Below, one piece after another: positions 36,945 through 52,778 of a stretch of DNA of 64,000 nt. Numbering within the stretch: position 1 is the stretch's first letter; every line of letters starts with the position of its first letter. The position numbers and the translations under genes are program-made. Under the pieces are notes generated by a model. The model did no database searches, was not told the DNA's origin, and saw only the letters and a list, made by a program, of their open reading frames with translations. Source of the DNA: Lama glama (lineage: Eukaryota); assembly GCA_028534125.1 (NCBI GenBank), contig CM052818.1, forward strand, positions 49,664,001-49,728,000. Direction: 5' to 3'.

Positions 36945-37757
36945 GGCGCCGCTCCCGGCCCGGCCGCCGCGCGTGCGCTCCAGCCTCGGGGCCGCCGCCG
37001 CCCCCGCCCCGCCCGCGCTGACGCCGCCCGGCCATTGTGACCGCCGCCCGGAGAGGCGCGGCCGGCGGCAGGCGAGGCAGCGTCAGAGAGCCGGGAAGAG
37101 CTCCGGGAGGGGAAGAGAGCCCGGCTCCTGCCAAGGAGGGAGGAGTGGGAGGGGCCCGGGATCCACCAGGCACCCACCTCGCCCCTCCCACCTCACACCC
37201 ACCCTCCTGCGCAGAGAGGTTGCGGATGGGTTGGGGCAAAGGGGCATCGAGACCATCCTGACAATCAGAACTGCGTCAGGGAGGAAATCGTCAGGAACCA
37301 TCCAGAGCATGTGAGAAGCTAGGGTGCCGGGCACCGCTAGCGCGGGGTATCACAAAGGTTTAGCATTCAGCATGCACCTTCGTGTGGGGGAAGCGCAGTG
37401 TAAGAGGCTGTACGTCCTTGGGAAAGGCATCCCCTATGCTAGGTAAACATGACCAGTCCTCTTGAGCTGGGACAATGAATGACTAGAAATACATTTTTCC
37501 AGGGGCTCTGATGGGCTTCAACAAACTTTTAAAAGATAATGGTCTATGTATTACCTGCTGAAATACCCCTGAAGCTTCAGAATATCTATACCTATAAATT
37601 TTACATACTCTAAATACCAATATATTGTACTGTTAAAAAACAAAAAAAGAGTAATCCTTAAGAGGCCACCTACCGTTGACAGCCACAGCCAATTTTTGAA
37701 CCACTACGCCCTTCACAGAGACACTACACACAGGTACTAGGGTGTGAAAGTGATCAC

Positions 37758-37763
37758 TTTATT
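37758..37763 (-). terminator. ALLC polyadenylation signal AATAAA
   Basis: tttatt on + about 120 nt after the stop, followed on the minus strand by a GT-rich stretch (tgtgtgtagtgt). Confidence 0.75.
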
Positions 37764-37885
37764 AAATCACCAGGAACTCTGTTGATCGTCACAAGGTTAG
37801 TTGCTAGGAACTTCTAGGGGTTGGGTGTTGAAAACACTCGGAGAGCAGGACTGAGCGTCGTGGAGCCACCACGGTTCGGTGTGGG

Positions 37886-38170
<285 letters not shown>

Positions 38171-38573
38171 TTAGGGGCCTTAAACGGTGAAAATGACTAT
38201 TGAGTGATGATCATTTGGCTTACCGCAGAGATCTGTTAATAGGGAATGGATTCCCGAATGAGACTGACATGACGCTGGCTGGTTTTAATAGTTAATTAAG
38301 TGGACAAACTGATGAGAAAGCAAAAGAGGGCATGTGGGTGTCTCCCGGAGGCCATCACCCGCCGTTACAAAGGAGCAGCCCTCACCCCATCTCTGACCGG
38401 AAAATGACCTCTTACCTCCTATTTGATCAAAGAAGGCACTTCTGGGATGTCTCAGTGTCCCTCCCACAGGTGGGCACACCCTTGGAGCTTTGCATATCTA
38501 GCTGTCCTTCCTAAAAAGGTAATATACTGGAGAAGCACTTTTCCTGTATGTATCCTTTGCACTTGATAGTTTA

Positions 38574-38960
<387 letters not shown>

Positions 38961-39939
38961 TCATCCTGGATCAAAAACCCAACACAGAACAAATCAAGGT
39001 TCTTTCAAAACAAAAGCAAAAGAATGAAGTACATGAGAGGAGGAAAGTACTGGGTGTGTGGCAGAGTGGGACCGCCTCGTGAAACCAATGAGTGTGTGCT
39101 CTTCAGAGGAACCAGGAAGGCCTGACAAACGTCCATGGGCTGGTGCATGTGAGTTTGAGTGTGTGGCATTTTACTTAGAAAGCTGAGCGTATCTGCTAAA
39201 CTTCCTAGATTGCACATTTCACGACTCGCCTCCTTCTCTGTGGCTCATCTGAAATCATTATGAAGCTGGAAAATACCTTCCTTTTGGCATCACAGAATAG
39301 AATAGGATTGTGGAATCACAGAGTACACCACACACCCTGTATTTGAGGGTTTCTAAGTGCTCTTTTGGTGAAAATGTATGGTCCTGAGTTGTCTCTTCTG
39401 TCTTTGGAATTTCACCGGCATCATGGGCCCAGTGGGCTGAGACAAGTTTGGTGGAGGCTCCCCCACTCTTTGTGGGGAGGACTTCTATAGGGGTCCCCAA
39501 GACTTGAAGATCAACAGAGGAGGAGCTCCTGGTCAAGAAGTGTGGCAGAGGGGGATGCTCGTTGAACACTGGTCTCCAAGGTGGGGGAGCACGCTCCTGG
39601 GGTGCCATGGAAACCCAAAGGACGCAGGAAGAGAGCGTCAGGATGACTGTGTCTGTTTCTGTCACACATGCACACATGTGAGTGTGTGTGTATAGCAAGC
39701 CAGGCATATTTGACATCATAACAGGATACTGGCACATTCCCTCATCCCCATGACTGTCATCACGTGGTGATGGAGAGACCTAAGGGCCACCAACAGTATA
39801 GCCATGGCATATTCCATATTGCAATTCAGGGTCCCTGGTTACAGGGATTTACCTGGTGTTGACCGAACCAGCCCTCACAAAAATAAACAAGTGGTTTTAA
39901 ACTATCTGTAGGGAACCGTGGTTTAAGGATACTGCTAGA

Positions 39940-41018
39940 AAACAAAACAAAATGACAACCTATGGAATGGGAGAAAATTTTTGCAAAAGATGGAACTGAT
40001 AAAGGCTTGATCTCCAGAGTATATAAGCAGTTCATACAACTTAAGAAAAAAGCAAACAGCCCCATCCAAAAATGGGCAGAAGACCTAAACAAGCAATTCT
40101 TCAAGGAAGAAATACAAATGATCAATAGGCACATGAAAAAATGCTCAGTATCACTGATTATCAGAGAAATGCAGATCAAAACTACAATGAGGTATCACCT
40201 CACACCAGTCAGTATGTCCGTCATTCAAAAGTCCACAAATGACAAATGTTGGAGAGGCTGTGGAGAAAGGGGAACCCTCCTACACTGCTGGTGGGAATGC
40301 AGTTTGGTGCAGCCACTGTGGAAAACAGTATGGAGATTCCCCAAAAGACTAGGAATAGACTTACCGTGTGACCCAGGAATCCCTCTCCTGGGCATATATC
40401 CAGAAGGAACCCTACTTTAAAATGACACCTGCACCCCAATGTTCATAGCAGCACTATTTACAATAGCCAAGACAGGAAACAGCCTAAATGTCCATCAACA
40501 GATGACTGGATAAAGAAGATGTGGTATATTTATACAATGGAATACTATTCAGCCATAAAAACCAACAACATAATGCCATTTGCAGCAACATGGATGTCCC
40601 TGGAGAATGTCATTCTAAGTGAAGTAAGTCAGAAAGAGAAAGAAAAATACCACATGAGATAACTCATAAGTGGAATCTAAAAAAAAAGAAAGAAAGAAAA
40701 AGACAAATGAACATAAATACAAAACAGAAAAAGACTCACAGACATAGAATACAAACTTGTGGTTGCCAAGGGGGCAGGGGTGGGAAGGGACAGACTGGGA
40801 CTTCAAAATTTGTAGATACTGACAGGCATAAGTGGAATAGATAAACGAGATTATACTGTACAGCACAGGGAAATGTATACAAGGTCCTGTGGTAGCTCAC
40901 AGCAAAAAAAAGTGTGACAATGAATATACGTTCAGGTCATGTAGAACTGAAAAGCTGTGCTCTGTGCTGGAAATGGACACAACATTGTGAACTGACTATA
41001 ACTCAATTTGAAGAAAAA
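39940..41018 (+). mobile_element. Young 5'-truncated L1 with 12-bp TSD
   Basis: ORF2 C-terminal translation (WEKIFAK...PLWKTVWRF); TSD GATACTGCTAGA at 39928-39939 and 41019-41030. Confidence 0.95.
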
Positions 41019-41733
41019 GATACTGCTAGAGATGCAAGCATCCAAGAACAACAAGCAAATAGCAGGGCTGACGTTTCTCCTGACCTTCAGGGTGCAAGGT
41101 CATCAGCTGTACTGAGCCGTGAAAACAGTGACCCTCTGATCAGATCCAAAACACTGTCTTCCAGGTGGAAGTCTCCATCGTCAAGACTTCTTGAAGTGAT
41201 TTACATCCACTACCACTGATGACGACCTGCCCCTTAAACATACACTGCGCCTTGATGAAACAGTTCATAACTGAGGTCATAATGACTCGTAAGACACTTA
41301 AAAATCAGGCGTCCGATATACGGCTATAAACTGCCGTATTTATTCAAAGACGGCCCAGTAATCAGGAGACACGCAATCCAGTGCTTATCAAAATTTCACC
41401 TAACAATTGTGAAAGCTTAGAAACCTCCTTTGAACTTTCTCAATATAATGGCACACGTATCTATTTCATAAGAAAGTAAATATGGAATATCGAGGGTACT
41501 TGTCCAAATATATATTTTTTTTACTAATGGAAGTGCACAATTTTAAAAATGTGTAGATCACTGCCCTCAAAGTCCAGCCTGGAGAAGAAATGGCCACCAG
41601 TCTGCTTGGGATCCCCTTCCCCATGAGAAGATACCCCCGTCCAGTTCTTTCTAATCAGGGACTATTTCATAGGCTTTTCCAAACGGAGCTCAGGGCCCCC
41701 GTGGTAACAGCCTCACAGCATCATAGACGCTCA

Positions 41734-42048
<315 letters not shown>

Positions 42049-43003
42049 TCAGAAAGAAAAAGAACCACGTAAGCCAGCTTGGTTTCAAGACATCAGTCCT
42101 AAAACCAGCAGGTGAAAATGTTGGCATGTGCTTGTCTCTTCTTACATGAAAGAGTGTTTCTTATGACCTGATTGGTAAACTGCTTCTCCTGTAAAGTGCC
42201 TCTTTGCATCACTCTGTAAATGCCTCTTGCCAACTTATCTGACACTTTGTAAAGGTTTCTAAATTTCTGATCGCATTTTTCTACGTCAGTTGTAAGTTTA
42301 GGTAGGATCCTGTACCCAAAAGGATCTTTCTCTAACCCAGCCCATAGCTCCTCTGGTCAGTCTGTTTTGACCTTTTAAAGTAGGTATGTTTTGGTCAAAT
42401 CTATACCAACATATGATCTGCCTCCAAACACTAGTTTCCAGCAAGCAGTTTGCTCATTTACAGCCGGAAGCTCTGGGTGACATGCAGACTAGCCCAAGAA
42501 AGGGGTATTTCTGACTATGTTTGCAGTGGGGTGAGATACACAAATTGAAAGGTCTTCTCTTTCCTTGTTTACTTCCTCGTCTCAAGTTAGTTCCTGGCCA
42601 AAGTAAACAGCTGAGCCCCCGCTTAGAGTTCCCCGTCCCAAGTTCACGTAAGTCTCATCCAGGGACACCCAGATATTAAAAATGATGAAATGGCGGTTTT
42701 TTCCTCCAGATCAACCAATACATTTATTCATGGGTTTTATATCATTAAACTGTAGATATTCTTGTTGCTTTATTTGAAGAAACAGAGGGGTAATTCCAGC
42801 CATGTGATAGCATAGCCGCCAACAACCAGCCTGGCCTCCAGGCCTTTACACCTAGCCCGGCCCTGCTCTTACGATGACACAGTAGGAAGCCTGGAAAATG
42901 TGGAAAATAAGCAGTAAGAAAACCGCTGAAGGGGTTTCTAAAGTAAGAACTTCCTTGACATCAAAGTAAAAAACAAACACTCTTCACTTTTCAGGAAACG
43001 TTA

Positions 43004-43120
<117 letters not shown>

Positions 43121-43507
43121 TTAACAGGCTACCACACAGTCATCCCATTTTATTGAAATGCGAGAATGAGTGCACTGGTGTGGTTCAGCGCCAGCCCGCC
43201 GGCACCCGAGCACTGCTACATAAATTACCTCCACGGAAGCTAATGCTTCAGTAAATTCACCTACAACCAGAGAGTTAGTGAATTTTACTTCTCCTTCTAT
43301 CACAACTGCTTAAGCCAAAATTAGGAAGGAAGATTGCTGTTGATTTACTTCAGGCCGTAAAGGCATTAAATCCTGTATGTGGATGGTTGGCCTCATCCAC
43401 CCTCGTGCTTTGAGATGGCTCCTCCCTCAGAAGTAATTCATGCCATATCGGGGCGTTTAAAGCAGTGCCCAGATGTCCCAAATAAAAGCCAGCTCCTAGA
43501 GCACTCA

Positions 43508-43663
<156 letters not shown>

Positions 43664-43719
43664 TTATTCCTACTTGGAAAACAGGCTGTTTGCAGATCGT
43701 AAACTGCAGAGCTCTCCAC

Positions 43720-44122
43720 GCCTGCCTGCTCACCAAGCCTGCTGCCCCAGGGCCTTTGCACTTGCCACCCCCTTGTCCTGGGACGGCTTTTCCAGCTCTC
43801 CTAAAAGACTACTGGTCGTTCTTAGGTCTCAGCTTCAGTGTTGTGGCCTCAGGAAGGCCTTCCCTCTCTCTTTGAAGCCCTCTCCTTCCCACCCCACCTG
43901 GCCCCTGTCTGATTGCCCAGGTTACATTTATCATCTACTTCTGCTTACTTACTCCATTGTGCAAGTCACAGTCTGAAACTGTCTTGTTCTTTCTTTAAGT
44001 CCCAGAAAACGTCAGTCTCCCAAAACCAGAATATAAAATCTCTGAAGGCCAGAAGAGCTGCCTATCTTGTTTGCTTCTGTGTGGCACGTAGTTGGTGCTC
44101 ACAGTTTTAGTTGAATTAATGA
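43720..44122 (+). mobile_element. L2-like remnant
   Basis: cagggcctttgcacttgcc...ggtctcagcttcagtg...aggccttccct...tggcacgtagttggtgctcac. Confidence 0.55.
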
Positions 44123-44841
44123 CTCCAGGAAAGCCAAAATACAGCTGGGAAATTCACCACAGACATGCTCTTGGTGCCAGAACTCAGCATTGCTAAGTCC
44201 CACACCAACTCATACAAGAGCCTTACGTTCTTATTTTTACAACACATTGCCTTGCAATGCAGTTGAGATTACTGAAGATATATTCACAAAATCAAATCAC
44301 TGCTGAGACCCACAGCAGCCTGAGATCAGGTCTGCAGGGCAGAGAACAGCTACCAAGATCAGTTCACATTATCTAATCCTAATAAAGTGAATGTTTTATC
44401 TGTTTAAGTATCACTTCCTAGAAGGCAGAAGCCAAGCTTTTTTTATGTAGATGCTCAAAAGCGTTCATCAGAGTATTCTACTGAAACCAAGCCTTATCTA
44501 TTTGTATATGAAAAATACAGTGATACTGAGTGGATCTGAAAAAATTTCAGTAGAACAGTGGAAGGCTTGATACATACAGCAAATTAAACCAGACTGTGTT
44601 GGCAGAAAACCCAAGATACTGTGCTGGCGGGAGTGGGCCAGCAGGAGGCAGAGCAGGAAAACACAGCTCCAGCTCACGGACTTTGCGTGTCTGTTACCGT
44701 AGTGCTGATTTTACATTAAGAAGAAATAAAATTCTTCTCTTCTTTGCAGAACTAATATCCAGCCTCACTTTTAATCAGAACTGTCACGGAGTATTAGAAA
44801 CGCCTCTGGATACTTTGAGAGAGCCTCAGTAAAGCGACCCC

Positions 44842-45031
44842 GGAGGAGGGCGTAGCTCACGTGGTAGAGCGCATGCTTAGCACGCATGCGGGCCTGGGTT
44901 CAATCCCAGCACCTCCTCTAAAAATAGTGATAATAATAATCTATAAATAAATCTAATTACTTACCCCTAGGGGAAAAAAAGAAAAAAATTTTTTTTTACT
45001 TTTTAAAACATAAAAAATAAAATAAATAAAT
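44842..45031 (+). mobile_element. Vic-1-like SINE
   Basis: ggagggcgtagctcacgtggtagagcgcatgcttagc...; approximate TSD agtaaagcgacccc/agtaaagcaacacc. Confidence 0.87.
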
Positions 45032-45884
45032 AAGTAAAGCAACACCCCCCCCCCGTGTCCTGTCGGGTTCTCCTACTGCGTCCTTTGCCCTTCAATCTTG
45101 CATCCAGGCGGAGCCTTCGCAGAGTAGCTGAAGACGCAGCCAGAGGCGGGGAGAAGTCGGCATGCACACCCTGCCCGCCCCTCCCCTTCCCTCGAGGCTG
45201 GCCGGTCACAGACCAGCTTTCATGTGTGCAGGAAACCGCACGATTCCATCCACAAAGCAGGGCCTCCACCTGCCACTTTTTCAGACCCGCTCTCACCTCC
45301 TAAGTTCTGAATAAACTGGGTTGAACACATGAAGTTGCTGTGTCAATAGCCCAGAAATTGCCAAATAGAAAAGTCTTAGAGCACTGCCTGAGTACTTTTG
45401 TTATAACACCTGTCACTGTTTTTGCAGTATTTTGCTTACTTGTGCACCACCCCTCCCCACCTGGGTCATTCACTTCACAAGGGCAAGGACTCCATCAAGT
45501 CAGTCTAACAACAGATGCTTACTGAGCATCTGCTCCGTTCCCCAGGCCAGGCTGGGTGCTGGGCGTGAACAGATGACAACCCAGACGTGACCCCTGTCTT
45601 CAGGCAGCTTACATTCTGTTAGCTCTGCCCTGCTCATCACCTGGGAAGTGACTATACAGCCAGTGCTCAGGCCCTTGATCGAGGCAGCTACTAAGTTTTG
45701 TTGAAATAACAAATGGGAAAAGTCCTAAATCTCTCTTATTGGCTTTGCCCATTCAGTTGCTTTCACTGGTTTTAGAGCAGATGGTTTCAATGCGCAATCA
45801 CTGTCACTGACCGGGTTCAGATCTCTACATGTCGGTGTCTTTCTTTAAAACATGATAACCAAAAACCTGCTTAATCTAAAGTGA

Positions 45885-46870
45885 GGGTCAGTGACAAGGG
45901 ACTAATTTCCAAAATATACAAACAGCTCATACAGCTTAATATCAATAAAACAAGCAACTCAACCAAAAAGTGGGCAGAAGACCTAAATAGACATCTCTCC
46001 AAAGAAGGCATCCAGCTGGCCAACAAGCGCATGAAAAGATGCTCAACATTGCTAAATGCTAGAGAAATGCAAATCAAAACTACAAGGAGGTATCACCTCA
46101 CACCAGTCAGAACGGCCATCATTAAAAAGTCCACAAACGATAAATGCTGGGGAGGCTGTGGAGAGAAAGGAACCCTCCTACACTGCTGGTGGGAATGCAA
46201 ATTGGTTCAGCCACCATGGAAGACAGTATGGAGGTTCCCTAAAAAACCAAGAATAAACTTAGCATATGATCCAGCAATCCCACTCCTGGGCATATATCTG
46301 GAGAAAAATATAATTCAGAAAGATACATGCACCCCAGTGTTCATAGCAGCACTATTTACAGTAGCCAAGACATGGAGACAACCTAAATGTCCATTGACAG
46401 ATGACTGGATTAAAAAGTTATGGTATATTTATACAATTGAATATTACTCAGCAATAAAAAAGAGAATAAAATAATGCCATTGCAGCAACATGTATGGACC
46501 TGGAGATCATCATTCTAAGTAAAGTAAGCCAGAAAGAGAAAGAAAAATAACATATGATACCATTTATACATGGAATCTTAAAAAAAAAAAAAGACACAAG
46601 TGAACTTATTTACAAAACAGAACAGACTCACAGACATAAAGAACAAACTTGGAGTTACCAGGGAGTAAAGGGGTGGCAGGCGATAAATTGGGAGTTCAAA
46701 ATTTGCACCTGTTGGAGAGTGATGGCAATGTGAGCTATCTTGATGGTGGTGATGGTTTCATGGGTGTCTACATCTATCAAAATTCACCAAATTGTACATC
46801 TGAAATACGTGCAATTTACTGTACTGAGATTATACTACAATGAAGTTGTCTTTTAAAAATTTGTAAATAA
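45885..46870 (+). mobile_element. L1 ORF2 C-terminus and 3'UTR
   Basis: 197-aa open L1 ORF2 fragment ([12 protein letters not shown]...[13 protein letters not shown]). Confidence 0.93.
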
Positions 46871-48369
46871 AGTAGGGGGGTCAGGAGATCCACTTCCAGC
46901 ATGAAGGCATGTGAAGCTGTGCTGACCCTCCCCAACCAGGCTGGTGATGATTAGGAAGGAAAAAAACAACCACTGGAAAAGCCTGTGGAAATAGTCCTAA
47001 GGCACACGGCAAACGAAGCCACATTGATTCAAAAAATCTACCGCAGCTCAGCAAGGCCAGGGAGAGTCTGTGGTATCTGAAGCAGGCACCTGCGCCCCCT
47101 CGCCCCACTCAGTGAGGGTGCAGCCAGGAGCGCAGGGCTGCCCCCACCCCGCTCTCAGTCCTGGGCTTTCTTCCCAGGGGGGCTGGGACGTCAGCGTTTC
47201 TCATGCTGCCCCACCTGTCGGCCGGGAGGCTGAGTCCCAGGTGAGTGCGGCTGAGAAGAGGGGGCGCCTTCCTGTCACCCAGCCCCCACTCGGAAGATGG
47301 GGTCTCTACCCTGCACACAGCCCCCCTGAGATGCCGGGGCCATGATCACAGTGTCTCAGCTCACAAGGCAGACAAGCCAAGAAGAGCTGAGGCTGCTGCC
47401 CCCTCCACTGAGCACCCAGCTCCTAAAGCAGGGCCATCACTCAGAAAGGCACCACTGTCGCCGCCCCCAGCTCCAGAGCCAGGGCTCAGAGGCCCAGGAG
47501 AAGTGGGTCGTGGAACAGAGCGCTGCAGGTGTCTTCCCAGTAAATGGGCTTCACGTGCAACAGAGAATGGAGCCGTTCAAGCCTAAGGGCGCTCCCAGAA
47601 GCAATGGAAGTTGTGGAGGAAAGCTATAAGAAGACACTGAGACTGGTCGACTCGTTAGGGACGTCTGTAAACTTAACACCGCAGCACAAACTGTAAGCCA
47701 GACAGTCGGCTAGAAAGAACAGGGAAGGAGCTCAAAGAAGCCCTTGTGGGATCAGGACAGACCTCAAACACTGACCTCAAATGCTGCCACTCTGAAGAAG
47801 CCCAGATTTAATTGGATTGGTATGTGGAGCAATTTATGCCCAGGGCATTGTTGAAAACATAGAGCAATCAGATGGCAATTAGTGGAGCTAACTGTGGATG
47901 TGGTCAGGGAAGGGGACAGTCAAAGAGCGCTCTGCCACAGCTGCCGTCTCAGGGCAAACCCAGGGCTGTGCCCCGCAAGGGGCGGCACCAGAAGCTTCAC
48001 ACCGTGAGGCTGAAACAGACTCCACTGAAGTGATGCAGCCAGCGGCTGAACATGAGAAAACAAAGAGCACCTGTAAAGGTGACTGTGAATTATCATAAGA
48101 GACAGTGGAAACGCATATTTCCTGCCCCTTCTTCTGTTAAGTGAAAAAGAAGAAAAGCAAAGTATAAACTAATATGTATATACCGTGTACTGGGCTTTTG
48201 ATATATGGAAATATAATCTATGTTTAATATATTCACCAGTGACATTACAAAGGAGGTCGCTGGGAGCACAGCTGATTGGGCCAAAGAAAATGACTACATA
48301 TGGTAGCTTAAACCCACAGGAGAAAATGAATAAAGCCAGAAATGACAAATAGGAAGGTTAATAAAACAA

Positions 48370-51300
48370 ACCTTAAATGGAAATGGAAAGATCATACCAT
48401 GCAAACAGCAGCCACAACAAGCTAGAGTGGCTTTGCTGATGGCAGACAAAATTAACTTTAAAACAAATACATCACTAGGGATGAGGAGGGACATTTTACG
48501 ATGATAACAGTGTCAATCCATCAGGAAAACACAATTATAAATATATTTGCACCTAATAACACAGCACCGAAATCATCAAGGAAAAACTGACAGAAATGAA
48601 AGGAAAAATAGACAAATCAACAACGATCATTGGAGAGTTCAATACTCCACTTTCAATAATGGACAGCAAAACTAGAAAAAAGATCAGCAAGGAAATAGAA
48701 GGCTTGAGCAACTCTATAAAGCAGCTGTACCTCGCTGGCCTATAAAACACTTCACCCAACAAAAGCGTAACACAAATTCTTCTCAAGTGCACATGGAACA
48801 TTCTCCAAGATAAGCCATATGTGAGGTTATAGCAAATGGGTTGAAATAATACAAAGTGTTCTCTCCAATCACATGAAAAGAAATTAGAAATCAGTGAGAA
48901 GGAAATTTGGGAAGCTCACAAATACATGAAAAGTAAAGAACACGCTCTAAACTACTGGGTCAAAGAAGAAATCAAAATGTGAAATAGAAAATGCTTGTAA
49001 ATGAATGAAAATGAAGCCGCAACATTCCAGAACTTAAGGTATGCAGTAACTGATGCTTAAAGGGAAATTTATAGCTATAAATACCCATATTGAAAAATAA
49101 GAACCTCCCCCTAACGACACTGGAGAAGAAAGCAGACTAAACCTGAAGCGAGCAGAAGGAAGGAAATAATAAAGATTAGAGTAGAAATTAAAGACAGAGA
49201 GAGTATCAGTGAAGCTGAAATCTGGTTTTTTGAAGAGAGTAACAAAATTAACAAACTTTTAGGTAGATTTGCCAAGAAAAAGAGAAAAAAGTCAAATTAC
49301 TAAAATCAGAAATGTAAGAGAAGACATTACTACTGACCTTACAGAAAAAAAAAGGATTATAAAAGTGCAGTTATATGCCAATAAATTAGATAACTTAAGA
49401 TGAGATGGACAAATTCCTGGAAGACACAGACTACCGAAAATGATTCAGGAAGAAACAGACCATCTGAATAGACCAATGTCAACTAAATAAATTGAACTAG
49501 TAAACAAATATGTGTGTATATATATACACATATGTGTTTATATATATCAATTCTTCACAAAATCTTCCAAAAAATATAACAGGCGGGAACACCTCCCAAC
49601 TCATTGCATGAGGCCAGTATTACTCTGATACCAAAACCAAAGACTTCACAAGAAAAGAAAACTACAGGCAAACAGCTCTTATGAATACAGACATGCACAT
49701 CCTCCACAAAGCACGTGCAAACCAAATCCAGCAACACGTCACAAAATATGACACACCGTGACCACGTCCAACACCTGAAAATCAGTCAATGTCATACCCT
49801 TTGCTCGCAGAAGAGAAGCCACATGACACTCTCACAAAGAAAAAAAATTAACAAAATCCAGCACCTTTTCATGATAAACACATTCAACAAACAAGGAATA
49901 GAAGGGAATTTTCACAATCTGATAAAAGGCTTCTACGAAATCCACAGCTAACATCGTATTTAATTGTGAAAGACTGCTTTTCCCCTAAGATCAGGAACAA
50001 GACCAGGATTCTGCTCTTGCCTCTTCTCTTCAACATTGCACTGGAGATTTTAAGAGAGAGAGAGAGAGAGAGAGATGGAGGGACAGAGATATGGAAAGAG
50101 GGAGAGATGGAGACAGCTGGCTGGCATCCAGATTGGAAAGGAGGGAATAAAACTATCTCCATGAACAGATAATATGATCTTGTACATAGAAACCCCAAGG
50201 ACTCACTGAAAATCCATTAGTACTAATAAACAAGTTCAGCAAAGTTGTAGGACACAAGAATAATATTCAAAAATCAGTTGTATTTCTATAGTCTTAAAAC
50301 AGACAATCCAAAACAAAATTAAGAAAATAATTCCATTTATGGTAGTATCAAAAACAACAAAAGATGGAGGAATTAATTTAACAAAGAAGTATAATATGTA
50401 TACTCTGACAACTATAAAATATTGTTGAAAGGAAATGTAAATAAATGGGAAAACATGCCATTGGAAGACTCAACATTTTTAAACCAGCAATGCTCCCCAA
50501 ATTGATCTACAGATTCAATGCAATCTCTATCAGAATCCCAGCTGGCTTCTTTGTAGAAACTTAAGCTGATTCTGAAATGTGGAATTGCATATGAAATTGT
50601 ACAGGACTCCAAATAACCCCCCCCAAAAAAAATCTTTCAAAGGAACAAATTTGGAAGACACACTTTCTGATCTCCAAACTTACTACAAAGCAACACTAAT
50701 CAAAACAGTGTAGGACTAGCATAAAGATAAATACAAAAAAAATTGAGAGTCCAGAGATAAACCCATATATCTATATAAGTCAGCTAATTTTTCACAAGTA
50801 TGCCAAAATCATTCAACTGGGATAGAAAATCCTTTCCAGGAAAAAAAATAAAAGGTTCTTGGACAACTGATCTCCACATGCAAAGTAATGAAGTTGAAAC
50901 CTTACCTTACACCATATGCAAGAATTAGCTCAAAATTAGTCAAAGGCCTAAACCTAAGAGCTAGAAATGATAAAACTCTTAGAAAAAATATAGGGGTAAT
51001 TCTTCATGACCTCAGATTTGACAATGATTTTCTAGATATGACTTCAAAGGCATGAGCAACAAAAGGAAAAAACACATAGTTGAACTTCATCAAAATTAAG
51101 AACTATTGTTCTCCAAGAAATCCCCCAGAGAAAGTGAAAAGACATCACACAGGATGGGAGAAATTATTTGCAAACCCTAGCTCTGATAAAGGCTTTGAAT
51201 CTGGGCTGTATAAAGAACCCTTCATCTCAGTAGTAACAGACTAATAATGAAACAGTAAAGTTGGATTTTACCCAGTTTAGTAATGGGCAAAAAACCTGAA

Positions 51301-52292
51301 TAAACATTTTCCCGAAGAAAACATGCATATGGCCAGGTAAGCCACTGGAAAGATGCTCATCCCAGTCGTCAGGGAAACGCCAGTCAGGGCCGCAGTGAGA
51401 CCCCACTGCACACGCTCCGGGGTGGCTGTGATCAGACAGCCCGACCGCATGTGCTGGGCGGATGCGGAGGAGCCGGGACCTTCCCTCAGACGGCGCCGGG
51501 GGACTGTGAAACAGTGCAGCCGTTTTGGAAAACGGTCTGATGATTCCTTAAGTAATTTAAAACATGGAGTTATCGTGTGACCCAGCAATTCCAATCCTAG
51601 GGAAATACCCTGATGAAAACCGTGTGTCCACACAGAAACTTGTACAGGAATGTTTATACCAGCATTACTCATAAGTAGCCAACAGGTGCAAACAGCTCAA
51701 ATGCCTATCAGCTGATGAACGGACCCATGTGCGGTCCATCCACGCAACGGAATGTCATCCAGCCATAAAAAGAAATGAAGTGCTGGCGGGCTACCGCGTG
51801 GATGAGCCTTGAAAACATGATGCTCAGCGAAAGAAGCCGGTCCCCAGAGACCCTTTAGACGAAGTCTCCAGAGCAGTCCGATCTGCCAGCACGGGAAGCA
51901 GAGCTCGCTCACTCCAGCAGCTTGCACACTAGGACTGGCAGGGTGCAGAGAAGGGCAGCGTAGCCCCGGCGAGGGTGACGCACAAATGCGTGAAGTGGTC
52001 CTTATTTTGTGCCCTTCCCCCATGTTTTGACACCCTTTGCTGATTAGCCCCCACCCCCTGCCAAAAAGAAAAAGAAAAAAAAAAGACAGAAAGCAGATTC
52101 GCGCTTAAGGGGATCAGCTTTCCTTCCGAGGTGATAGAAATGGCGCAAAGTTGACTGTGGTGACAGCTACATGTATACTACACATTTGCACGGACTTTAA
52201 ACCATATGCTTACATATACTATAAACCATAGAATTGAACACTTCAAATGAGTGAATTACATGCTATACAAATTACAACAAAGCTGTTAAATA
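48370..52292 (+). mobile_element. Long decayed older L1 (endonuclease/RT remnants to 3' end); 46880-48100 may be its 5' part
   Basis: L1 ORF2-like A-rich sequence (tggagagttcaatactccactttcaataatggacag; gaggccagtattactctgataccaaaacc; cagattcaatgcaatc) with many stops; (AG)n at ~50053. Confidence 0.88.
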
Positions 52293-52544
52293 AAGCAAAA
52301 CGCGGGTCATTTGTACACAGCACTTCAACTGCCAACAAGGCTGCGAAACAGAAATTGTTAAGAGCTATCCGACCTGATACAGCTTAGTTCCATCAAGTCC
52401 TAATTTACTGAATAATTTTTCACTAACTACCTATGGGATGGAGGCATTAAAACAAGAATTCCTTGGAGCACAGAGAAGGCAGATTATAATCCTGAAACCC
52501 TAAAGAGACCGGTGACTGGGAAGGAAAGGCTGGTTTCACTTTCA

Positions 52545-52778
<234 letters not shown>

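Larger units (their letters stand above)
36230..37150. promoter_or_regulatory. CpG island over DCDC2C promoter, exon 1 and proximal intron 1
   Basis: Very high GC and dense CpG by eye; GC-box runs (cccgccccgcccgc near 37002-37016); spans the ATG. Confidence 0.85.

Noticed and set aside
36082..37239. Long ORFs (371, 261, 260 aa) over the CpG island
   Set aside because: Stop-poor GC-rich sequence, tandem repeats and alternative frames of DCDC2C exon 1; no recognisable domain.
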